DNA from: a virus
Taxonomy: Duplodnaviria > Heunggongvirae > Uroviricota > Caudoviricetes
Length of the DNA stretch: 64,000 nucleotides
Reading direction: 5' to 3' (one strand)
Virus record (IMG/VR): IMGVR_UViG_3300020718_000007
Location: 20,390 to 84,389 of that record
The notes beneath the pieces were generated by a model. That model worked only from the letters and a program-made list of their open reading frames with translations, was not told the origin of the DNA and ran no database searches. The position numbers and the translations under genes are program-made. This document shows positions 1 to 8,812 of the stretch, piece by piece. Position 1 is the stretch's first letter; every line of letters begins with the position of its first letter.

Positions 1-51
1 GATTATATCAACAACATAGCTGCACAATTAGACATTAGGTTCAGAAAGTAA
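1..51 (+). CDS. 3' end of upstream gene (partial); position before the capsid gene suggests a head scaffold protein
   Basis: Open frame DYINNIAAQLDIRFRK* ends with TAA at 49-51; product inferred only from position. Confidence 0.4.
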   Translation, partial: DYINNIAAQLDIRFRK

Positions 52-76
52 AAATAAATAAAATAATTCATATAAA

Positions 77-1846
77 ATGAATCTTATTAATCATCACGAA
101 ATCTACGATACATGGGCACCCATTATCGAAAGTAAAACCGGGATAACTGATAGGTCTAAAATAGACTGGTTATCTACTTATTGCCACTACCACTCCTTAA
201 ACGAGTCTGCTGGTGCTTATAACTCCCTAGGTGTATTGAACGGTATGGGTAACGTTGCTCCTGCTGGTAACCTTTATGGTGGTTCTGCTAATGGCGGTTC
301 CGGTGGTCCTGCTGCATTCTATGCTGGCGGTTCCTATTCAGGTTCAGGTCTTGGATCAGGTGATAAATTCCCATCCTTACTTCCTCTTGCTATTCAGGTA
401 GCTGCAAAGACTGTCGGTTTCGACATCGTTCCAGTTATACCTATGCAAGGACCAACAGGCGTTCTTAGCTATTTAGATTACGTATATGCTGGTGGTAAGC
501 TTGGTGGTGTATCTTCTGATGCTACTACTACTTATACAGCTAATGCTCCTGATCTTATTAAAGTTCCTACTAGTAGTACATCCCCTGCAACTAACTTAAC
601 AACAGGCACAATTTATGCTATTGGTGTTAGTCTTGCAGCAACTACTTATAACCTTGCTTCAACGGGTACTGCTGTGATTTATGCTCAGTTCGTAGGTAAC
701 TCTAGGATCGATGGTTATCCAATATTTAGGGTACAGGGTATCACTAATGGACAGTCTATTAATACTGCTATCCCTTCTACTGGTACTGCTGATATTTACT
801 CAGCTACTTATTCTGGAACAACTTTAACAGTAACTTCTGCTACCCCGGTTGATTCAACTTCAGGTTCAGCAGCTCTTGTTAAAGCTCTTGAAGATCACAT
901 TCAAGGATTTACTGGTGCTGGTCTTGCAAATACTAACAACTGGCAGGGACCTTACGTTGATGGTACAGTTGCTTATGACCCAATGGCTAGAGGTGTTGGT
1001 GAAACTACCTACTTCAAATCAATGGCGCTTAACACCTTCACTAAATTCGTTGAAGCTGGTACATTCCAGATAGCTGCAGGTGTTACAACTGAACAGATAC
1101 AAGATCTTAACAAGCAGTTTGGTATTGACGTAGTTTCTATGATCGAAAACTCTCTTGTTAACGAAGTATCTCAGGCTATTAACAAACACATCCTTTCTAG
1201 GGCATTTGCACTTGGTTGGTCAAATCACTATGAATTCTACACTGTAGAAGGACAGAACATGAACATTAACCTTGGTATTGGTGCAGGTGGTGGTTCTACT
1301 GCTAGCTATATCGGTAAAGGTGAATCTCTTATCACTCTTTCTACACCTGGCCAAATAGCAACCGGTGGTTACGAAAACCAGTCTACCGTTCAGAGGAGAT
1401 TATTCTCTAGGCTATTAGCTGCTGCTAACGTAGTTGCTAACAGAGGTAGGAGAGGACCAGCTAACTTCGTAGTTTGTAACTCACAGATTGCTTCTGCATT
1501 ACAGGACATCAGTCAGTTCACATTCGCACCATTCTCTAACACACTTACTCAGAACAACGGTACACTTTACCCTGTAGGTGCTATAGCAGGTATGACAGTT
1601 TATGTCGACCAGAATATGAAATACTCTGATACAAGGGTATTAGTAGGAAGAAAAGGTGGAGACGACGAACCTGGTATGAAATTTATGCCTTATATGATGG
1701 CAGAATCAATTCAGACAATTTCTGAAGGTACTATGTCACCAAAAATCGCAGTAAAATCTAGGTATGCATTGGTTGAAGCGGGACATCACCCACAAACTAT
1801 GTACCTTACATTCTATGTTACTATGCCAGCTGCTGGTATCGTTTAA
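77..1846 (+). CDS. Major capsid protein, T4 Gp23-like (HK97 fold)
   Basis: Gp23-type motifs FDIVPVIPMQGPTGVLSYLDY, TTEQIQDL..QFGID, EVSQAINKHIL, GRRGPANFVV, PGMKFMPY, KIAVKSRYAL; leader ending SLNE; followed by a strong terminator. Confidence 0.93.
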   Translation: MNLINHHEIYDTWAPIIESKTGITDRSKIDWLSTYCHYHSLNESAGAYNSLGVLNGMGNVAPAGNLYGGSANGGSGGPAAFYAGGSYSGSGLGSGDKFPSLLPLAIQVAAKTVGFDIVPVIPMQGPTGVLSYLDYVYAGGKLGGVSSDATTTYTANAPDLIKVPTSSTSPATNLTTGTIYAIGVSLAATTYNLASTGTAVIYAQFVGNSRIDGYPIFRVQGITNGQSINTAIPSTGTADIYSATYSGTTLTVTSATPVDSTSGSAALVKALEDHIQGFTGAGLANTNNWQGPYVDGTVAYDPMARGVGETTYFKSMALNTFTKFVEAGTFQIAAGVTTEQIQDLNKQFGIDVVSMIENSLVNEVSQAINKHILSRAFALGWSNHYEFYTVEGQNMNINLGIGAGGGSTASYIGKGESLITLSTPGQIATGGYENQSTVQRRLFSRLLAAANVVANRGRRGPANFVVCNSQIASALQDISQFTFAPFSNTLTQNNGTLYPVGAIAGMTVYVDQNMKYSDTRVLVGRKGGDDEPGMKFMPYMMAESIQTISEGTMSPKIAVKSRYALVEAGHHPQTMYLTFYVTMPAAGIV

Positions 1847-1873
1847 TCGTAACCTCGATTAGTACGCAATTAG

Positions 1874-1902
1874 AAGTCCTAGAGAAATCTAGGACTTTTT
1901 TT
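1874..1902 (+). terminator. Rho-independent terminator after the capsid gene
   Basis: Perfect 10-bp stem AAGTCCTAGA / TCTAGGACTT with GAAA loop, followed by a T run. Confidence 0.9.
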
Positions 1903-1927
1903 ATGAGTATCCTTTACTGAAAAATTA

Positions 1928-1935
1928 GATATATA
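1928..1935 (+). promoter_or_regulatory. Putative late promoter GATATATA
   Basis: Motif recurs shortly upstream of many structural/head genes; resembles T4 late TATAAATA. Confidence 0.65.
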
Positions 1936-1953
1936 TAAAAAACATAGTTCCTA

Positions 1954-3072
1954 ATGAATTTCATCAATAATCTCAAATCTTACGAGGATTGTAAATTAGC
2001 TCTTATAGAGTGTTATGGAGAAGTAGAATTAGCTGCAGAATATCTCAGAAATACAAAATATCCAGATTCAACAATTTATAATTTAAGGGAATCAGTACAA
2101 GCAGTAAAAGAAGGTTGGGGGAGTAAAATCATGAATGGTCTTTCTAAGCATTTAGGTGGAGATGTATCAAAATTAGATACTATTCTTAAAAAGATGGACG
2201 AGACCGAAAATAAGTTTGTAGATAGGGAAAACAAAATTGAAACTGAATATACCCAACTATTTAGGGAATTTGTTCATTTAAAATTTAAAGCCCAGGACAA
2301 GAGTAGAATGGGTCTAGTACAGGTTAGATTACAAGAATTAGAATCTCAAATGAGAGAAATAATTAGATCTTATAATTCCATAATGGATGATTTGGAAAAA
2401 GAGGTTGATATTATAACTAAAGGTAGTAATAGAAAAGCAGATTATTATAACCTCAAAAGGTCAAGGGATTCTGCAGAAGCTAAGAAAAGAAGGGCTGATA
2501 ATAAATATAAATTAACAAAGTATCAGGATAATTCTCATATACAACAAAAAGTAGGAGAGATATTTGGTACTCCAGAGGAAGCACAAAAGGAAGCAGAGGT
2601 AGTTCAAAATCAAGCACAGGAAATACAGCAAAAGGTATCTAAATATGATCCGGGACCAGAATGGAAATCTATTGTATTTAGAGATGCAGAAGCTAAAATG
2701 AAGGATGCGCATGTTGTAGCTACCAAGTACAAGAATGGCCTTTATGAAATGATAAACCAAGAAGAATTAAATCCTTCCGCTAATAAATCGGAACATTCTA
2801 AGAGGGAATCTTCTTTCGTTGCTAAGAAAGGTACTGCTATAAAAAGAATAGAAGGTAAAATAAATAGTGTTAATTCTTTGGCACCTGATGGAAGTACAGA
2901 TCAATTAAAGGATGCTGTTAAATATTATACGGAACAATTAGATAAGATTAAAAAGGAATTAATTGATTACCAATTTCCCCCTTATCAAGGTGTAGTCAAA
3001 AAGAAAAAGAAAAAGAGAGCACCAGTTGCAAAAAAACCAGAACCAGTAGAAAATGGAGAAAAAATTACTTAA
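1954..3072 (+). CDS. Helical/coiled-coil protein, putative head-packaged; EF-Ts-like N-terminal motif; paralog of next ORF
   Basis: 372 aa ORF; DCKLALIECYGEVELAAEYLR motif; LRE/VKE candidate cleavage sites; shares segments with 3053..3979. Confidence 0.55.
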   Translation: MNFINNLKSYEDCKLALIECYGEVELAAEYLRNTKYPDSTIYNLRESVQAVKEGWGSKIMNGLSKHLGGDVSKLDTILKKMDETENKFVDRENKIETEYTQLFREFVHLKFKAQDKSRMGLVQVRLQELESQMREIIRSYNSIMDDLEKEVDIITKGSNRKADYYNLKRSRDSAEAKKRRADNKYKLTKYQDNSHIQQKVGEIFGTPEEAQKEAEVVQNQAQEIQQKVSKYDPGPEWKSIVFRDAEAKMKDAHVVATKYKNGLYEMINQEELNPSANKSEHSKRESSFVAKKGTAIKRIEGKINSVNSLAPDGSTDQLKDAVKYYTEQLDKIKKELIDYQFPPYQGVVKKKKKKRAPVAKKPEPVENGEKIT

Positions 3073-3979
3073 ATATGAAAAATTCATAAACGAAAATCTA
3101 CTGGATACAATATCTGGTGGAATTAAGTCTATGTTTACTACTAGTTCGTCTAAAATAAAAACTATCATCAGTAAGATGATACAGGTAGAAAAAGATTTTA
3201 TAGACAAAACAGATGAACTAAGTTTTAATATCTTTATGGCCCAGACTTTAGATTCTAGGAAAAAAGTAAAAGCCCCCGGAGTAAGTCCATTGTTAAAACA
3301 AAAGGCACTTATTAGTAAAAAAGCATTGGATGCCTTTGAGAAATCAAGGGATAGCCAAATTGCTAATTTACAGGATGATCTAATGAGGATAATAAAAAAA
3401 GATAGAAAGTTAGCAGAATACTATAATAAAGAAGCTGCCAATGCAGATAAGGTTATTGCAGATTATGCTTACAAGGTAGCTAAAAGACACCATAATGGCC
3501 AGTATGCAGATACTTATCAGGCACAATTTTTGGATATGGAAAATCTTAGAAAATCTTTAGGAAATACTTTACCTGCCACTGGAAATAAGACAGACCAGGA
3601 TGGTGAATTAGAAGAAATATCTGAAATAGGTGAATATAAAATAGAAAAACCATATTGTCTTAAATGGGAATTTTTTATACAATACTTACAAGGAAGAACA
3701 GAGCAAGAACTTATTAAATGGAAACATGATGGTTTTGCTATTAAATTAAGATACCTAGACGAACACAAGGAATTAATAAGCGAACTTAATGCAAGAAAGA
3801 AATTCCTAAATACCGAGAAAAATAGATATGCTGCTAATGCACCAATCTATGATGTGGAGATAGAAGAGATTGAGAGAAATAAGAAAGCGGCAGAAAATAG
3901 ATTAGAAGCTTTCAAAAACTATATGAGAATGAAGGTTGACTATATTGGTCGTTTAGTGAATTCAACAGAGGTAAAATAA
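3053..3979 (+). CDS. Putative internal head protein with capsid-targeting-like leader
   Basis: N-terminus MEKKLLKYEKFINE resembles T4 IPIII leader MKTYQEFIAE; helical body. Confidence 0.6.
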   Translation: MEKKLLKYEKFINENLLDTISGGIKSMFTTSSSKIKTIISKMIQVEKDFIDKTDELSFNIFMAQTLDSRKKVKAPGVSPLLKQKALISKKALDAFEKSRDSQIANLQDDLMRIIKKDRKLAEYYNKEAANADKVIADYAYKVAKRHHNGQYADTYQAQFLDMENLRKSLGNTLPATGNKTDQDGELEEISEIGEYKIEKPYCLKWEFFIQYLQGRTEQELIKWKHDGFAIKLRYLDEHKELISELNARKKFLNTEKNRYAANAPIYDVEIEEIERNKKAAENRLEAFKNYMRMKVDYIGRLVNSTEVK

Positions 3980-3993
3980 AATACGATAATAAA

Positions 3994-6378
3994 ATGATAA
4001 GGTCAAGTAGAGATTATATATCAAACCCAACATTTGATAAGCTTTTAGAAAGAGCTAAAAACTATACCCATTTAGTACCATTAAATGAAGCGGAGGATAA
4101 TGGAGCTAGCGGTACTACATCACAGCCGGCTCAAGGGAATAAGCCTGCTACTCCTTTAAAAACACCACAACAACAGCCAACTCCGGCTAATAATGGGGCA
4201 GTAAATAATACTTCTACTTCTACTTCTGGACAAGCTTCTGTTGAAAAAAAGGATGATAAGCAACCAGAGCAAAAGCCTGAACAAAATAATCAAGCTAAAC
4301 CTGCAGCAGTAGCACCAAAAGACATTATATATGTTTGTAAGGTTATAGCAAGTAACTTATTAACTCTACTATCTGCATACCATGTAAATTCCCCAGCTGT
4401 TTCCAGCAATCAAATACCAGGCCTTTCTGATTTATCAGGAACAAAAACGATGGATGCTTTTATAAAAGGTATCATTACTGGGTTAGATTCGATTACATCC
4501 GTTATTAATGGTGACGAGGATGCTAAATTTTATGGAGATTTTATATCTGCAAAGGATCAGGCTTTAAAGATGTATCAGGATGCTTTATCTAAATTTCCAG
4601 ATGCACTAACAATGGAAATTCCAGATCTTGGTGCATATATTAAACCACAAGTAGATGTACTTCAATCGAACATAAACAACATGGCTGCTGCTACTCCAAA
4701 GAAGGTACAAAAGCCAGCAGAGACCCCTAACAAGGGATTTGGGGATTTTACTAATTTCCATGCTTATGAAGCTATGTTATTAGAACAAGAAGATTTGGGT
4801 GAGGATGATAACCAATCGTTAGATAAATTAAAATCAGACTTACAAAGAGCAGAGGATAAACAAAAGGAAGGAAAAGAAAGAGCAACTGACCGGATTAAGA
4901 GAAGAATTTTTGTAGAATTAATAGATGGTTGCGAAGATGTAATGGGTAGAGTAGATGCAGTTCGTAATAAAATAGCGATCGGTGCTGCTAATCCAAATCA
5001 GGCTAATTTTGGGTCTTTTAAAATGGAAGACCAATTTGTTGCATTGGCATCCGATATTAAAACTATGAGGGACCAGTTAAAAACACAAGATCCTGAAAGT
5101 ATAGAGAGTGTTAATAGATTGATTACAAGATACGAAACAAAATTAAAGGATTATGTTTCATTAGAAAAGAAATTTAGAGACCAATATAATCATGAATTAG
5201 ATGATCTAGAAAGTAAAAATAGTATAAAAGGTAAGAGCCCAGAAGCTTTTGATCTAATCTTACAAGGAAATAATGCCAGACAAAAAGTAGAAAATTATTC
5301 AATACAAAATAGGAAAGCAATACAAAATACAACAACCGATGCTGGGAGTGATGTTAAAAACAATTTAAAACTTGATTCTCCAATAAAGGCTGGATTAAAG
5401 AAAGGAGTAAAGGATGAAAATGTTTCTAAATTCCAATCTTTAGTAATCAACAAATTTGGTAATCTTGATGGATTTAAAAACGAACAAACATTCCAGAAAT
5501 TTGTTAAATTTCAGGGAGACGGTAAATTTGGCCCTACAACAGAAAGAATAGTAAAGGCATTAAAAGCCGGATTTAAAATGACGGATAATACATCTGATAT
5601 AACACAAGAACTTATAGATAAGGTTAATTCTTTCGATGGTAAAATACAGGAAAAAAGAACGTTTTCTTTTGAGATGTTTAATAGGGTATCAGAACAATTT
5701 GATATGAAGGCTGCTAAAACTGTATTAGGTACCAGGGAGCAAGAAGGAGGGGGAAATCCAAAAAAGAATAGGGCTACAAAAATTGATGTAGACCAGGCAA
5801 ATAATATTTCTAAACAAGCAAATTTAAAGAAAGTTCCACAGGAGGATGTAGCAAAGATAAAAAATGATGCTATTAAAGGATATAAGATACAGCAATTAAT
5901 AGATGAATTAACTAAGATGGGGGCTCAGAAGAATGAAAACTATGGTAAAGATGGTGCTACTTGTATTGCTAGTGGGACAGGTGCTAGATTCTTTGAGAAT
6001 GGAGCAGTCATGAGAACATTTGATAAAGAAATGGGAACATTTGATTTAAAGGCAGGTGTTTGTAAATGGGAGGATGGAACACAGGATAAAATTGTAGATC
6101 TAATAAAGAATGATAATTTACCATCAAAGTATGCTGCATATTTAAGTAAATTAGTGGAAGATATTTATGGTGATGGTAGTAGAAATAAACAATTATACAG
6201 GGAGCTAATGAATTGGACACCAGAACAAGTGAAACTACTTTCAATGGCTTATTCTGTTGCACATAGTCCATATTGGGATAAAGGTAAAAAACATAATCTA
6301 GATAAAGATTTAAGCGATGAAATGACAAATACTGATGAGATTAGGGAATTCCAGAAGAAGTTTGCATCAGTGTTGTAA
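3994..6378 (+). CDS. Large putative head-packaged protein with internal peptidoglycan-binding-like domain
   Basis: 794 aa; leader TFDKLLE..LNE; P/Q/N-rich linker; KKGVKDENVSKFQ...GDGKFGPTTERIVKAL resembles PG_binding_1. Confidence 0.55.
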   Translation: MIRSSRDYISNPTFDKLLERAKNYTHLVPLNEAEDNGASGTTSQPAQGNKPATPLKTPQQQPTPANNGAVNNTSTSTSGQASVEKKDDKQPEQKPEQNNQAKPAAVAPKDIIYVCKVIASNLLTLLSAYHVNSPAVSSNQIPGLSDLSGTKTMDAFIKGIITGLDSITSVINGDEDAKFYGDFISAKDQALKMYQDALSKFPDALTMEIPDLGAYIKPQVDVLQSNINNMAAATPKKVQKPAETPNKGFGDFTNFHAYEAMLLEQEDLGEDDNQSLDKLKSDLQRAEDKQKEGKERATDRIKRRIFVELIDGCEDVMGRVDAVRNKIAIGAANPNQANFGSFKMEDQFVALASDIKTMRDQLKTQDPESIESVNRLITRYETKLKDYVSLEKKFRDQYNHELDDLESKNSIKGKSPEAFDLILQGNNARQKVENYSIQNRKAIQNTTTDAGSDVKNNLKLDSPIKAGLKKGVKDENVSKFQSLVINKFGNLDGFKNEQTFQKFVKFQGDGKFGPTTERIVKALKAGFKMTDNTSDITQELIDKVNSFDGKIQEKRTFSFEMFNRVSEQFDMKAAKTVLGTREQEGGGNPKKNRATKIDVDQANNISKQANLKKVPQEDVAKIKNDAIKGYKIQQLIDELTKMGAQKNENYGKDGATCIASGTGARFFENGAVMRTFDKEMGTFDLKAGVCKWEDGTQDKIVDLIKNDNLPSKYAAYLSKLVEDIYGDGSRNKQLYRELMNWTPEQVKLLSMAYSVAHSPYWDKGKKHNLDKDLSDEMTNTDEIREFQKKFASVL

Positions 6379-6813
6379 TCTAAAATACTCTTCTTTAATT
6401 TCGTATATTTTTATAGAATCATACATTATTAATTTATGTGTTCCATTTACAAGTATATCTATACGACCTTTAAAGCGGGAATTCATTAAATCCTCAATCT
6501 TATAAATACCATCATCATCTCCCGTTCCAACTAATAGGACCTTAGTATGGAACGGGAATTTTTTTTGTAAATCCCTACTAATTGCTATTATTCTAGTCGT
6601 GTCTGAAATTTTACTTTTGAATTTATATCCACTAGCAGTTATATTTTTCTTCTTCCTGAAAGGGTAATAAATTGTGGATTTTACCCATGATGGGTCTTTT
6701 AAGTATATTCTAGGAATACCTAAAATAAGTTCTCGTCTTTCTCCAAAGAACAATATTGCTCCGAATATTATAAAGAAAATTACCATCGAAACTAACAGAG
6801 AATTTCTTTTCAT
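6367..6813 (-). CDS. Membrane-anchored 3D-domain (double-psi beta-barrel) protein, peptidoglycan-related
   Basis: N-terminal hydrophobic helix; ITASG...IAISRDL...PFHTKV...YKIEDLM...RIDI matches the 3D domain pattern. Confidence 0.7.
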   Translation of the reverse strand: MKRNSLLVSMVIFFIIFGAILFFGERRELILGIPRIYLKDPSWVKSTIYYPFRKKKNITASGYKFKSKISDTTRIIAISRDLQKKFPFHTKVLLVGTGDDDGIYKIEDLMNSRFKGRIDILVNGTHKLIMYDSIKIYEIKEEYFRLQH

Positions 6814-6887
6814 ATTACAAATATAATATAAAAGTTCTGAATAAAATAATCTAAGGCGTTTTAATTTTGTTAAAGTAGCTATATTGG

Positions 6888-7298
6888 TTATAAAGATTCT
6901 TGTTTTTTTATTGCTTTATCTATCAATTTTCTATTTCTATTAAAATAATTCTCCAATGAAACATTTAAATATTCTTCCTTAACTTTATCATAAAAACCTA
7001 ACTCTTTTCTTACTATACAAATAGCATTTTTAAATCCTCCTATTATAACTATTCCATATTGTGTTTCTATATTATTGAAATGCTTATTTTGTTCATCCCA
7101 TTCAGTTTCTGGCGTAGCCCAATATAAATAATTTCTTTGGTAATCATCATTATCCTGAATTAAATCAGGATGATTATTTAATCCTAGATATTGTATTATC
7201 TTATTTTTCCATTCCTCACCTAATTCAATATATGGATCCCCGAATATTAATAACTCTGTATATGGACTAAGTTCTTCGAATAATTTCAAATGTTTCAT
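6888..7298 (-). CDS. Small protein with MKHLKLFEELSP leader (putative internal head protein)
   Basis: Leader shared with ORFs at 40414, 40819, 41304; GATAAATA motif at 7303-7310 on the minus strand. Confidence 0.6.
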   Translation of the reverse strand: MKHLKLFEELSPYTELLIFGDPYIELGEEWKNKIIQYLGLNNHPDLIQDNDDYQRNYLYWATPETEWDEQNKHFNNIETQYGIVIIGGFKNAICIVRKELGFYDKVKEEYLNVSLENYFNRNRKLIDKAIKKQESL

Positions 7299-7316
7299 GA
7301 AGTATTTATCCAGATT

Positions 7317-7345
7317 GAAACTTTATTTATGGTTTAATCTATAAT
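7317..7345 (+). promoter_or_regulatory. Putative class II promoter GAAACTTT-N15-TATAAT
   Basis: Same bipartite motif and spacing at 23196, 24721 and 36350. Confidence 0.6.
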
Positions 7346-7350
7346 TATAG

Positions 7351-8241
7351 ATGAAGCAAGAAGAACTGGAATATAAAAGAAATTGTCCATTATGTAGTAA
7401 TGAAATTACATACTCTACCAAATGGGCATTAAAATATGCTGCTAATAAAAATACCAATTGTAAAAAATGTAATGCTATTAAACAATTTAAGAATTTAGAC
7501 CAAAGGATTAAGGAGGGAAAGGCAGTTAATGGATTTCAGGGAAAGAGCCATTCGATAGAGATGAAGGATAATATGAGTAATAAAATTAAGAGTCTTTATA
7601 AAAATGGTAAATTGAATATATCAGGAGAAAAGAATCCCATGTTTGGTAAAACAGGAGAAAAATCCCCTAGATTTGGTACTCATTTATTAGAGGAGTTTAT
7701 AAATAGATATGGGAAGATAGAAGGGAATAAAAAAATTCTAGAATGGAAAGAAAAAATATCATTAAAGAGCAGGGGAGAAAATAATTCTATGTATGGAAAG
7801 CCATCCCCAAAAAAATCCGGTAATGGATGGGCAGGGTGGTATAAAGGATGGTATTTCAGGAGTTTAAGAGAACTATCTTTTATGATTAATTATATAGAAA
7901 GATTTAATATGAAATGGGAATGTGGGGAAAGTGTTAAATATAGAATTCAATATATTGATTATAAAGGATCTAATAGAAATTATTTTCCAGATTTCATATT
8001 AAATTCTAAATTTATGGTCGAATGTAAGCCAAAACCATTATGGAAAAGTAAAGATATAGTTTCTAAAAAAAATAAGGCAATGGATTTCTGTATTAAAAAT
8101 GATTTAATATATAAATTAATTGATCCAATATTATTAAGGGTTGAGAAATTAGAGGAATTATATAGAAAAGGAATAATAATGTTTAATAAATCATCAGAAA
8201 TAAAATTTAATAACTATGTTACTAGTGGTCGAAGGAAATAG
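7351..8241 (+). mobile_element. Free-standing putative homing endonuclease (Zn-ribbon + NUMOD3 + TnsA-like PD-(D/E)XK nuclease)
   Basis: CPLC..CKKC; GEKNPMFGK and GENNSMYGK NUMOD3 motifs; YFRSLRELSF...YFPDF...VECKP nuclease; paralog at 23924..24670. Confidence 0.75.
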
Positions 8242-8812
8242 GCGGGCAGGAAAAAGCTTTTTGATAAATTCACAAAAGGTTTTTCCTACATTCAAGTTTG
8301 AATTTAATGAAGCCTTTAGTGGATTGAATTTAAAAAGAGACTCTCCGGATACCCATTATTTAGGACTTGGAAAAGAATTAATGCTACATCAATTAAATAG
8401 GGATGGATTTTTAAAAGAACAATTTCCTATCGGATGGATGAGATCAACTCCTTGCTTTGTAGTTGATCGTGGAATAATATCCAATACTGTATGGGGAGTA
8501 TTTCAAAATAGAATTACCCTTAGGGAAGCAGAAGAACAAATAAGATGGATTGTAAAGAGTGGATTATTATTAGATAGCTATTTTGTAGCCATTGAAGGAA
8601 CTTCTACCCAAGAGAGAAGGAAAGATATTTGGGATGGAGATGATTCCCGAGTACAGGAGGAGATTGATTTATTTAATCATTTCTATAACCTAATGGATAG
8701 AATGGGGTATAAAGTAAATAGATTCAAAAATAATTTTGACAAGGTCTCAGAAGATAATTTCACTAACTTTTTAAAAGAATTGGAAACTAGAATAACATGT
8801 GTGGAATATTAA
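8216..8812 (+). CDS. P-loop nucleoside monophosphate kinase-like protein (thymidylate kinase family)
   Basis: LLVVEGNRRAGKS Walker A; VVDRGIIS (DR motif). Confidence 0.7.
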   Translation: MLLVVEGNRRAGKSFLINSQKVFPTFKFEFNEAFSGLNLKRDSPDTHYLGLGKELMLHQLNRDGFLKEQFPIGWMRSTPCFVVDRGIISNTVWGVFQNRITLREAEEQIRWIVKSGLLLDSYFVAIEGTSTQERRKDIWDGDDSRVQEEIDLFNHFYNLMDRMGYKVNRFKNNFDKVSEDNFTNFLKELETRITCVEY

